Below, piece after piece: positions 27,101-39,100 of a stretch of DNA of 64,000 nt. Both the position numbers and the translations under genes were made by a program. Each line of letters begins with the position of its first letter. Position 1 is the first letter of the stretch. The notes beneath the pieces are model-generated. The model ran no database searches. It was not told the origin of the DNA and was given only the letters and a program-made list of their open reading frames with translations. This DNA comes from Bugula neritina (taxonomy: Eukaryota > Animalia > Bryozoa). The DNA lies in contig OZ037772.1 in assembly GCA_964035545.1 (NCBI GenBank), positions 12,646,818-12,710,817 of the forward strand, in the 5' to 3' direction.

Positions 27101-30100
27101 AAATCTGCTTGTATTTCTTTGTGATTTGGATGTCACAGACCTCTACATTAGAGGTCATTGCATAAACAACAAACTTCTTTCCAGAACTTTCTGATATCAC
27201 AAGAATTTTACAAGGGACTTTTGCAGAGCAATCAAAAGTTGAGTAAAAACATTGTTTTGAGATGGAAAGTGTTAGAACAAGTTGGCTGCTTTAGAGTATC
27301 ACTATAGGACGCAATAAATATAACATATCGTAAACAGAGAAAACTATAAATAACACATAGTATATAAAGTATATAAAGTAACTATAGAAATAACACACTT
27401 TAAAACTATAAATCTATAAATAGAACATACTATAAAACTAGAAATCTATAAATAGAACATAATATAAAAGTAATAGACTATAAATATAACCCACTACAGA
27501 GTACTAACAAGTACCTTGCAGGGATAGCCAACTCCCATTTTATAATCCTCGTCTGTAGGCTGTTCAGCAAGAGAGCTCTTGCTCCTCAATGACCTCTTCT
27601 TCTTTCTATCTGACTGTCGGCCAGACATCATTGGAGTCAATTCTGCACCTCCAGACATCTACAGAAGGAAGGAAAACTCCTACAGTGTGTCAGAACTCAG
27701 TCTACAGTGTCTCAGAACTCAGTCTACACTCTGTAAGAACTCAGCGTACAGGGTTTCAGAACTCAGTCTACAGTCAGCTGTGTGCAGGACAAGTAGAGTA
27801 CAAGAAGTTTTATAGGAGCCAAAAAGTTCTTTTAAAATACTGAACTGCAACCCTCCACTTGTACCTAATACAAAATGGCTGATATCAGGACATGAAAGAG
27901 AGCTGAGAAGATGTGTCAGCAAGGTGTCACAACGTGTCAGCAAGACTTGAGAGAGTAGAGTTTTGTGAGGGAGGGGAATGCATAAATGACATAATTGCCT
28001 CCTCCAACACACCAAGCCTACATAGTTAATCTAATTTAGCATTACGTCAGAGTAACGACTGAATGGTCAACCAATATAAACTGTGTTATGGCACTGTAAG
28101 TCACCAAATAAACACTAGAAGTTGAATAAAGAGTCATGGTACAACAGTCAGCTGAAATCTTCTCCCGTTGCCCTGTCACTATAGACATTACATCCTAACT
28201 TATCAAACAGACACATAGTAGGAGAAGTTAATATTTCTAAAGGAGTGACTGGTTGAAATAGAAAAGCAGATTTTAAGGTCAACGACCCTTAGTTTTTGGC
28301 TGCCAAAACCTTTAATAAAGAAATCTGTCAAAAGTTCAGGTTGGAAAGTTTCTAAAATTTGTTTTGTTCATAGAAAATCTTATTATGCTAAATTGGCAGT
28401 GAAAAAGAAGAGAAGACACCAAAGAGCTGCTACAGAGAGACGTGGTGGATGTGAACTAACCTTCAGTGCTGACTTTCAAAGTGCTGACAGAGAGAGATAG
28501 TCAGCTGACAGACAGAGATACAGACAAGCAAGTGAACTCAGGATAATAATACACTCAGTAACAGAATATAGCAGAGTATAGTCCCAGTGGGGCAATCTCG
28601 CTGTCTTAGGCAGCAAATATCAACTCAGCCTGGCAGCGCTTGTCTATATCCAATATCCTGACACAGCTGTTCACAATACAAAAACTTGAAACTCACAAAA
28701 AGAATAAATAATGGGCACTCCTGACAGCCGCTAAACGAGTGATTCTAGAACCTAGGCTATTGTGAAGTAAGTGCTTGGCTTTCAATGGAATACAAAGGAA
28801 AATTTCAATGCAGCTCCGAGTTCAAAATGCAAGCAGCTGAAAATAAGCTGCACAGAGTGTTATGAATGGGCATGTGTGAGAGAGCCCTTGAGGATACTCG
28901 TATCTAATTACTGAGTAATAATACAGTATAGTATAGTATAGTATAGTATAGAGCATAGTATAGTATAGTATAGTATAGTATAGTATATAGTATAGTATAT
29001 AGTATAGTATAGTATAGTATAGTATATAGTATAGTATAGTATAGTATATTTAGTATAGTATATAGTATATCTAGTATATAGTGTACTTTATATACTATTG
29101 TGTAGCCCTTACATAGCATATCACTCAATATATAAATACAAGAGTAAATAGAGAGTAAATAAATCCGAATACAATATATAGTGAGTGGTACTCAGTATTG
29201 AATCAATATTATGCTAAGAGTTAAAACAAGAGATTACTAAAATTAAATTAAATTATTTTTTCATAATCCAATTTAGTTTGATTGGCAGATAAGGTCACAA
29301 ATGTTAGCAGGAAATTTGAATCTACAGTATGGAGTTGATTATCTGTAATTATTCCCCTTTGTTTGAGTGCGTTGAGTTTCATTCTAATAGAATAAATAGC
29401 TGTAATATAATCATATCATATTATTATATAATTATATTATATTATATTACATATATATTGCCTGCAACTCATAAATAAACAATTATATTTCTATACAACA
29501 CATAACTATATGTTTATTCAGAATATGTAAACTATATTATTATCAGTAGTAGTTAGATGTAACATAATAATACTACATAATATTATAATAAAGTCTACCA
29601 TCAAACAGTTGAATGTATAACATAAATAACGCAACACAATGTAAATATAATACTCTTGAAAGTTAATACAACTATATATAATATAATAAATAACATAATA
29701 TATTAATATTTACATAATAATACATAAAATTGTAACACATAATACAACGCTAGGAGTTAGAATAATACAAACTGTAATGTATATTTTATTCATTTCCCCG
29801 AAGCTCTAAAGTCTGTAAAAATTACCTGATGAGAACTTTCCTTAAAATGAGCAGCAGAAGACTGAAGTAAATGCAGTCAGCAGGGCAATGCTGCCAGTGC
29901 AATGCTGCCAGGGCAATGCTGCCAGTGCAATGCTGCCGACTGAATCTCTCTGAGAAATCAGGAAAGAGGAGTTAATTCAATGAATTAGGCAGCACACTTG
30001 ACGGAGTCAGCAATCAATAGTGCCTGAGCAGAAGGCAGCACAAAACGGCAGCACAAACCGCAACAGCGGGCTAGACCAGCAACTGGAGTGGAGAATTTCA

Positions 30101-32083
30101 TTTAAAAATAAATTGGTTTAACAACTCATAAAAACTAATAAAGCCTCTTCAACTTAGACCAGGTTCTGCTCAAGGGCGTTGCGAGAGTGTAGGCTGACAC
30201 CCGTGCATAGCTGAGAAGGCATGGAACTGAGGCTAGAGAAATGACTAGGGGCTAATTGAGTTGTAAGGAGACAACTTCAGCTAGAATATTGCGGAGGAAA
30301 TGTTACTCCGCACAGACAGACTTCCCTTCACATCTGCTCAGCTACAGTTTTACTGTTCGCTCTAGTTTGACTCCCAGAGATCACAACTAAGAGAAAAGCA
30401 GCAATTGGTTAATGAGAACTCCTTGCCCTGTAGTATTGGGCATTTTGATTGGCCGATTATCGCAGAACTTACATAATCAGTGGTGCACAATGTTTCCGAA
30501 TTGTTAATTTCTAAAAACCTTTAGTATATAACTGCTCCACACATCGGCAGATGCTACAATGATGTCTAGAAGTAGAACCAGTGTTACAGTGATGTCTAGA
30601 GGTAGAACCAGTGTTACAGTGATGTCTAGAAGTAGAACCAGTGTTACAGTGATGTCTAGAGGTAGAACCAGTGCTACAATGATGTCTAGAAGTAGAACCA
30701 GTGTTACAATGATGTCTAGAAGTAGAACCAGTGCTACAATGATGTCTAGAAGCAACTCACCGGGTCTATGTCTGCTTCCGTCTTATTCCTCTTCAGATTT
30801 CCTCTCCTAGCCTCAGTTCTCACCACACTGCGGAGGTCAAAGGACACAGTCGTCACCAAATCGGCCAATCGCGGAGCTCGTGTCTCCCAAATACCAGAAA
30901 CTCCGTCTGCACGTAACTTTCCATCAGTTCGAGAAAACAAATCGACGTCTGGGTGCCGAGTGAGTGTCGGATGTTCCTCCTTGACCACAACAGGAAGTGG
31001 GTTATCTCCACCCTCCCCCGTACAGGTCGTGGGGTAACTGACGCCAGGAACAGAGTATTGGTGTACAATACAAGGAGTTGTGTCCTTGGCAAGTTGAACT
31101 GAGGCATGCCTGGAGGAGGCAACTTCAGAGTCGGTGTTGCTTACAAAGTCATTCCAACTGAGTTTCTCATCACCACTACAAGGAAAGACAATTCCCCAAC
31201 ACAGAATCCTCTCGCATTATTTCAGTATAGCAACATTTCAACACTGCAGTTTTAGGTTACGTGGAGACAATGCATAGCAAATTAGTTTGAGATGTGGAGT
31301 GCGTGTATGTACGTATGCATGTATGCATGAATACGTATACATGTATGCATACATACGTATACATGTATATGTACGTATACATGTATACGTACGTGAATAT
31401 ACAGCCCAGTATAACAAGAATGGCATAAAATGTAGAGCTTCCAACTTAAAGTACATAGATAGTTTGCACTGGATATTTGGTACTACCTGAAGCTGTATTC
31501 TGATTGGTTGGAGCATTCTAAACTGACATCTGAATGATCGAGTGAGTGAGAGCTGCCCTCTAATTGGTCAATTTCAGTGACACTGTCTCCTGATAGGCTG
31601 AGATGGCACAGGCAAGGGTTAGACTGAGTTGCAGTCAAGTCGCACTCAGATAGCGCCATCTGCTGGTAGAATGTGGGCCGATCTGCCTTGGCTTTACCGA
31701 GCTTAGGTGCCCTTCTAACCGGGTCCGTTGGGGAGAGCTTGCTAGGGGCGGAGCTAACAGCCTTACTCTGATTGGTTGTTGCTAAGACAGGAGGTGGGGA
31801 TACAGCTCTGAAGTGAACGCGTGGCCTTGACCTGTCACAATTCAGCTGAAACACAAAGTTGTACAAACTGTGAGTGTACTTTAAACTGACGGTATTTTGC
31901 TGGACAATATCAAAAGGAAGCAAGAGCAATTTCAAAACAGAGGAAGGGTCTTACCTCGTCCCTGACTGCATACTCCTTATACACGCTGAGAAAACTCAGT
32001 CTATCTGTACTAGAAGATGCTGGCACTCTCTTATCCAGCACAGAGCTGATGGAGGAAGTGACCGTTGCCGTGGGAGACGACAT
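19164..32083 (-). CDS. NOS1AP: NOS1AP/CAPON-like PTB-domain adaptor with coiled coil and long Ser-rich extensions
   Basis: PTB exons 27515-27658, 25843-25914, 25634-25723, 25028-25120, 24509-24652 and 23814-24073 give [37 protein letters not shown]...GVKV...[19 protein letters not shown]...[28 protein letters not shown]. This matches the CAPON PTB ([48 protein letters not shown]). A Gln-rich coiled-coil exon at ~23113-23267 ([31 protein letters not shown]) resembles the CAPON coiled coil. Upstream in-frame exons lie at ~31955-32083, ~31487-31846 and ~30761-31176. The low-complexity 3' exons (19164-22800) are only approximately delimited. Confidence 0.8.
21355..21545. repeat. 20-bp minisatellite
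   Basis: About 7 copies of tattatagcatgttacgata. Confidence 0.85.
24113..24490. repeat. Polypurine tract (GA)n/(GGGGGA)n/(GGGAGA)n
   Basis: ~375 nt that is almost pure purine on +, filling intron 24074-24508. Confidence 0.95.
25425..25560. repeat. 24-bp minisatellite
   Basis: About 5 copies of aagttggtagtcaagttatgagtt. Confidence 0.9.
25915..26145. repeat. 16-bp minisatellite whose last unit supplies the acceptor AG
   Basis: About 14 copies of ttataaatagaagagt; gene-sense units end TTTATAA, but the last ends TTTATAG before the exon. Confidence 0.9.
28920..29080. repeat. (TAGTA)n microsatellite
   Basis: Pentamer array; a similar one lies at ~26490-26590. Confidence 0.9.
30550..30752. repeat. 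30-bp minisatellite immediately inside a donor
   Basis: About 6.5 copies of tgatgtctagaagtagaaccagtgttacaa; donor GTGAGT at 30755-30760. Confidence 0.9.
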
Positions 32084-32872
32084 GGAGACTCATACAAACC
32101 TGACTCCAGTGTTAACACAGAACTACACAGCAACTACACTGATGAGCTAGTGACTGGTTAATGGAACCAGCATAGCCTTGAATACATCAGCAGAAGGTAT
32201 GCTAGTAACAGTGACTAACCTACATACGGTGACTAACCAGTGTAGGGATACAAGGACACTAGGAACTGAGGCTATAAGAGCATCAGATGTGTACAATATA
32301 TAACTGGATTATTGCTAATGTTTATATTATAATTATTATCTAGCTAGAGAGGCACAAATGTGTATATACACTTATTTGTAGATATACTTACATAATAGAT
32401 GTACTTACAGAGTTGATATATTCAGGTAGATATACTTGTAGGTGAGGAATGTATCAAGGTAAAATAAGGGTCATCAACAGTTAAAGGCCCACAAGTCTCT
32501 AATCACTATGAGAGATGTTCTAAGGAGATTATAAATAAAAAAATTCAGTTATATAATAAAATAAACAGAGAGCTGCCAGTGTTGAGGGTAATCTGATTAC
32601 TGATAGTCTAAGAAGTGCTCGCAGCCCTGTGGCAGGTTGGGGGGCTACTTATACCTGAGCACATGCGTGACTAAGAACACAGGCTAAAAGGAAGTGCACC
32701 AGCCCATTCAGGAAGACCCTGAGGAACGTGAAGAGTTGTTAGAATAGAGGAAGTGAGTCTTACCTGGAGTGAGCGCGTGCAGTGGTCAGCAAACTTTCCT
32801 ACTGATAAAACTAGAGCAGACGACTCCCCGAGTTAACAAGATTCAATACAATATATAGGAAAATAATTTGGA

Positions 32873-32878
32873 TTTATT
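32873..32878 (-). promoter_or_regulatory. Probable polyadenylation signal of EDEM3
   Basis: AATAAA on the minus strand ~300 nt after the KDEL stop. Confidence 0.45.
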
Positions 32879-33173
32879 AAAATTTCATAAAGATGCATAA
32901 CAGAGGTGTCTGATTCAAAACGAAATGCGTCCAACAGTGAGACTAGAAACGCAATCAATAAATAATACTGACTAACATTGTTCAATAACAGTTGATTCGT
33001 CGATTTTTATGAAAATACTTGCGAGAAAGTGAGCAGACAGACGGTGAGAGAGAAACGCTGCGAAAATATCTTCTGCACTGAATAAATACACATCATATCT
33101 TGTCTAGTAAAACACAAATAGGCTGAAACTCTCCTCAAATCATAACTATTTATAATATTTTCAATAAAAACAT

Positions 33174-36100
33174 TTACAACTCATCTTTATCTAAGCTTAT
33201 AGACTTTGGTGACTGAATGTCCGAGGGCTCAACTACGTCAACGACCTTGACCTTCTGTGGGTCCGTTGCTAGGACGTAATTTGTGTCCCTGCGTATACTT
33301 TTGGGTTTTGTTACAATTATCTCCTCCGCACCAGACGAAGTTTTAGTATTTATATTCTCTGTTTCCTGTTCATTAGAAATTTCCTGTTCTGACTCCATTC
33401 CATGTTCCGAACTCACTTCGAGGTCTACTTGACCCTGAGATTGCTCATCTGATGATGTCCCTCCTGTGAAAAGTCAAAGGTCAATTATAGCTACATGTAT
33501 TTAAAGAGAAGATAACTGCTAAGCATAAAATAAAATAATTGATAATTCATATCAACAGTCTAATATTTATAAATAATGTGAGTAAGGAGTTGTATTCAGA
33601 GTTGTCCTCTATACATATACTAGATGCTACAGGAGTTGCCCTCTATACATATACTAGATGTTGCAGAAGTTGTCTTTTATATATACTAGATGTTACAGGA
33701 GTTGTCCTCTATACATATACTAGATGTTACAAGAGTTGTCCTCTATACACATACACTAGATGTTATAGGAGTTGTCCTCTATACATATACTAGATGTTAC
33801 AGGAGTTGTCCTCTATACATATACTAGATGTTACAGGAGTTGTCATCTATACATATACTAGATGTTACAGGAGTTGTCCTCTATACATATACTAGATGTT
33901 ACAGGAGTTGTCCTCTATACATATACTAGACATTACAAGAGTTGTCCTCTATACATATACTAGATGTTACAGGAGTTGTCCTCTATACATATACTCGATG
34001 TTACAGGAGTTGTCCTCTATACATATACTAGATGTTACAGGAGTTGTCCTCTATACATATACTAGATGCTACAAGAGTTGTCCTCTATACATATACTAGA
34101 TGTTACAGGAGTTGTCCTCTACACATATACTAGATGTTACAGGAGTTGTCCTCTATACATATACTATATATAAGGGAGAACTCACTGAGCTGGCCGAAAC
34201 ACTTGACTATCACTGGAATCAGCTCCATCATGTTAGTGTAGTCCTTCTCAGTTAGACCGTCGTTAGCCTCTTCGTCCATGTAGACAAACTTTATATACCT
34301 GCCTATACTGGCGATGTGATTGAGGAAGGTGTACTGGTGGGCAATTCCCCTGCACTCCGCCTGGAACACAGGAAATATAATTTCAAGTTACGTCTTGTAC
34401 CCGAGATGATGTCATCTCAAACTACTTCCACCTCGACATCAAACGTAGGAGACAAAAGCAGCTTCACAATTCATAGTAGAAAGCCATTGCGAGTTGAGCA
34501 GCACAACTTACACTAGACTGTTGGGAAAAAGACACAGTAACGCCCATAACTGGTTGTGAGTGACTGACAGTAAAAGTGAGCTACTAGTAACTCACTCTCA
34601 GTAGGCACTCATCACCCTACTAGTAACTCACTCCCAGTAGGCACTCATCACCCTACTAGTAACTCACTCCCAGTAGGCACTCATCACCCTACTAGTAACT
34701 CACTCCCAGTAGGTACTCATCACTTAGAGTGACTCACAACTCACCAGGAACTCCACAAGCAGGTCCAGAGTGATCTGGAAGATGACTCCTGTGGTTGGCA
34801 TGACGCCGGTCTCCAGGTTGAAGTAGGCCGGGGTGGCGGCTGTGAGATCAATATGATGTCTATCACCTTGCTGCTCTATCTGGTAGAGATCAATGGTAGA
34901 ATCATAGTATGGCAGTTCAACGCGTGATACTTTTTTTTTTATCTTTACCTAACATGTAATAATTTAAGCCTAAGAACCAAGTACCAAGACACATATAAAG
35001 GTTGGGGTGTACAAGACACGTCTCCATAATCTTACCTCCACAGAGTCTTGGAGGCTGAGGCTAGTGTCTGCGGGAACCTGACTTTGCAGAGTGAGTGAGA
35101 GAGAAAACTCCTTCTCAAAGACGTTCAGCTTGAGATTGGGGGTCTCGTACACCACCACAAACTGTGGGTACTTTGTCTCACTGACCACAGGCTCTGAAAT
35201 TATGAGAGAACTAACATGATTGGCTGAAACATATTCTAAGGGCCCACCCTGTTTGACGCTTCAATGATTTAAGTGATTAAATATTATCATTGTTATATCA
35301 CTAATGTTGAAATATAACTTATCAGATAAATTGATCAGATCAGGGAATATATTATTTATATTATAAAATAGTAAATATATACTATAGAATAATAATAAAC
35401 TATAATATATCTTAATAAAATATATATTACAATATAATATTATATTAGAACATTATAGTAATGTATTTTGACTTGTCCCCTGACAAGCAAAGAGTCAAGC
35501 AGAGTTAAGAGGTGGAAGACTATGGAATAACCGAATCCACAACCACCTGTGGGTGCCTGTCTGGCGATGTACACCTCTAGCTGGGGATCTTGCTTGTACG
35601 CCTCGAGGAGGGTCGTAGCCTCAGCACTATACAGGAATACCACGGCTATGAAGACATCATCCTCCCCGTCCCCTGACATCTGAAACACTCCGCTAGACTT
35701 CCTGTTAGATCCAGGAATGTTATCTGCTCGGCCAATCAAATAATCAGAATTATTAACTACATCCAATCACAAAGCACTAGACAATAGTGAATATATACTG
35801 TAGATAGTGTATAGACAGATAGTGAATATACAGATAGTGAATGTACAGATAGTGTATATACAGGTAGTGACTCACCAATAATGATGGCCGCCACAGCCCC
35901 GGCATTCTGGCATATGCGAGCTTTCTCCATGAAGGTACAGGATCCTCTCTGAGCCAGGGCAACCTTCCCTGAGATGTCGTCCTGATTGGTCAGCTACAAC
36001 CATGACGTTACGTAGAGTACGTTACGTAGAGTACGTTATGTAGAGCATAACTGCACTGCATTATTCACTATATAATTCTAGTCAATATTTAGTCACCAAA

Positions 36101-39100
36101 TGAGATAGAATACAATTCTCTCACAGTTTACATATGTTCAGCATCTATTGAGTTGTAATCATAGGCTGATTTTAAGTCACCAGGCATTATAGACATTCAC
36201 ACTACTTTAAAGGTTTTCCATATATCATGTTTCACAGCACATCACAGTGTGTGAAGACAACTCCAACCAACAACTACCTAACAGGGAATCATCTCCCCTC
36301 ATCTAATACCACACAACTCACAGGTTTACAGGCTTGTAGAGGTTCTGCTATGACTAACGGCGCTCTGTAGCCGTCCTCCCAGACCTTGTGACGGTTCGGC
36401 GTGTTCGGGGTGAGGGTGAAGTCCCAGCCGAAGCGTGCAGAGCCAGCTGGCAGTGATACCTTCGGCTTAGTCGTGTCTAAGTGACAGCAAACAGAGTAAA
36501 CAGGATGCTATAAGTTTGCTATGTCTAAAGAATACGTATTCTAAGCAACTAAAGTTGCCACCCCTGCACCAACTCTATATAGAGTAACAATACAGGAGAA
36601 CAAAACAAACTTCACTGATAGAGTGATAGTTCCCACCTTATTATATAGAAGACACAATCAACTAGTCTGAAGTGTGCTCACTAGTTGCTACCCCTCTGAG
36701 GTATGCTAACTAATTGCTACCCCTCTGTCTGTGTAATAGAATGACTCACCACTAGGTCTGATCTGCACAATCCTCGGGTCTACGACAGCTTCCTGCTGAC
36801 TCTGAGCCAGCTCCAACATCTCCTTCATGAAAGAGAGGCCCTCCTCTGCCAGCTCGCTGCTGGTGGCCTTCCCGGGGACGTGAGACAGCTGCAGACGTCC
36901 GTCTGCCGTCTGGTGCACCTGAACCCCCATAGAGGTGAGCACTCGCATCTGAGTCCCGTCCTCCGCCTTGAAGTCCACCGCCCGGATCCTCGGAGGTCGG
37001 CTGTAACAGAGGGAGGAGCTTAACGTGAGTAGCCGTTCTAACAACTATACTCTCACAGGGCCTCTGTCTATGGGCGTGTAGCTCAGCGTCATTGGCTAGA
37101 AACTAATGAGGTCATTGCTGATGTAATACAGGTCACATGTGTAACCTGGACATAAAGATTTTACCAGAATACGAGATCTGGTAACAAAAGTTTCTAACTC
37201 AGAAGAAATTCATTAGAACTGGAAACAGGAAAATTACAACAAGAAAATAAAAACATAAAATAAATGTTCCAACGGATGACCCAGAATGGCTTCAGTCTGA
37301 ATTCAATAAAACTGACAACAGCTGAAAATTTACAATCACCTGGCGACACTTTACAATCACCTGTTAACACTTTGAAAGCACCTGGTGACACTTTCAAAGC
37401 GCCTGGTACCAAAAGAAAGCTGAATAAATTTACTAAAAAAGCTTACACTTTGAATTGGTAACATTTTCCTTTTGATCTAAAATAAATTACACATTTTACT
37501 CAAAAGTTACAAAAATAGACTTGTTTAAAAACTACAGAAACACTTAAAAATCAACATTCAAAAATTGACTATTTTATACGGAATTTCACTTAACTATGTG
37601 CAGTAAATAAAATATTCAGGACTGGCTCTTAAGAATTCCCAATCAGCAAACTCTAAACTAACAGCAGCTTGAATCTCAAGATATTAAACTATCAGAACAG
37701 AATGGATACAATTCACCACATTACTGCCAGGTTAAAAGGTATTATAGCTATTGCTTACTTATCTAGACAGAGTGGACTGTAACAGTTGGGGGAAAGTTGA
37801 GTGAAGATATGAGAATGCAATCATTTTAATTCTCAAAACTCACTCCCTACTCTCACTGTTAGCATATGATTCACAGAGATGTGAAATGTCAGGAGGGGGG
37901 GGGGTAGGGTACCTTTTTTAATAAAAATATATTAAAGTAAATCTGTAACTGCTGAGGATACTGCTAAGTTAGCGTCGAGTTGCGGGTTTTAAACTCAAGT
38001 ATAGACTGAGTACCTGGGCTTAGGTTTGGGACACTTGAGCTCCACGTAGTTCTTCAGGGGACTCCTGATGGTCTCGGCGTACCTCACTGTAGACATGCTG
38101 CTCAGCTCTTTGATGTTCGGACAGGAGTGGTCGTGGAAGGCAGTGCTTTTGATTCGAGGGGGTGGAGACAGCACCTGGAGAAAGATAACTCCTTGAACAG
38201 CACGTGAAACATACAGGGGTGTAGTCAGGGGGGCTCCAGGTGTACCACAGGGGTGTAGTCAGGGGGAGAGTATGTGTAACACAGGGGTGTAGTTAAGGGG
38301 GCAGCAGGTGTAACACAGGTGTAGCTTCTGAGGGATGGCTGATAGAAGAGGGTAGACAAGTCCAAAAACAGTAAACTTAAATTTCAACCCATGTAACATA
38401 TCATTCTAACACATCATATCAAATTAATAGAGAGACTAGAACTGAGATAAGAGGTGATACAGAACAACACTAGAATACTCTCAATACATAGTGATCACTT
38501 CTCTGGTTTAATAACTGAAAGCAACCTAAACTAAATTTACAAACGATAAACTTTTCAAGTGAACCCGGGATCTAAACCTCTATTTCAGTTTAGAGTAAAA
38601 AGACAGGTAGGCAGGTAGGCAGGTAGGCAGGTAAGCAGGTAAGCAGGTACCTTGGTGTTCTTGTGAGAAGAGTATTTGGCGAGGGAGAGAGGTAGGAGGT
38701 GAGCCTCAGTGGTGAACACGTACTGAGACACGTCTAGCACTAAATTCTCCTCTTCTTCAAAGAGTAAGTAGAGGTATTTGAACGTCTCGGCCAACACATA
38801 CGAGTCCATCCTAGAAAACAGGATGTTAAACAGGATGTTGCATCATCAAACAGATTTGTCTTTTCTTCGGGTAGAAACATTAAAATTAATTTGCACATGA
38901 TAAAGCCTACAGACACACAGACAGACTGACAGAGAGAGAGAGATAGATGAACAGACAGAGAGAGAGACGAACAGACAGACACACAGACAGAGAGAGAGAC
39001 ACACAGACAGACACAGAGAGAGGAGACAGACAGACAGAGCTACTCACTGATCCTCGTGGGTGTTTCCTCTCACGTCTTTGATGGCAGCGAACCCACACGG

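Noticed and set aside
33174-37044. A separate gene downstream of the GH47 exons
   Set aside because: The exons match the EDEM3 linker and PA domain and splice in phase to KDEL.
37057-37096. Possible extra EDEM3 exon with AG/GT borders
   Set aside because: It contains a stop in the required phase, and the flanking exons join directly.
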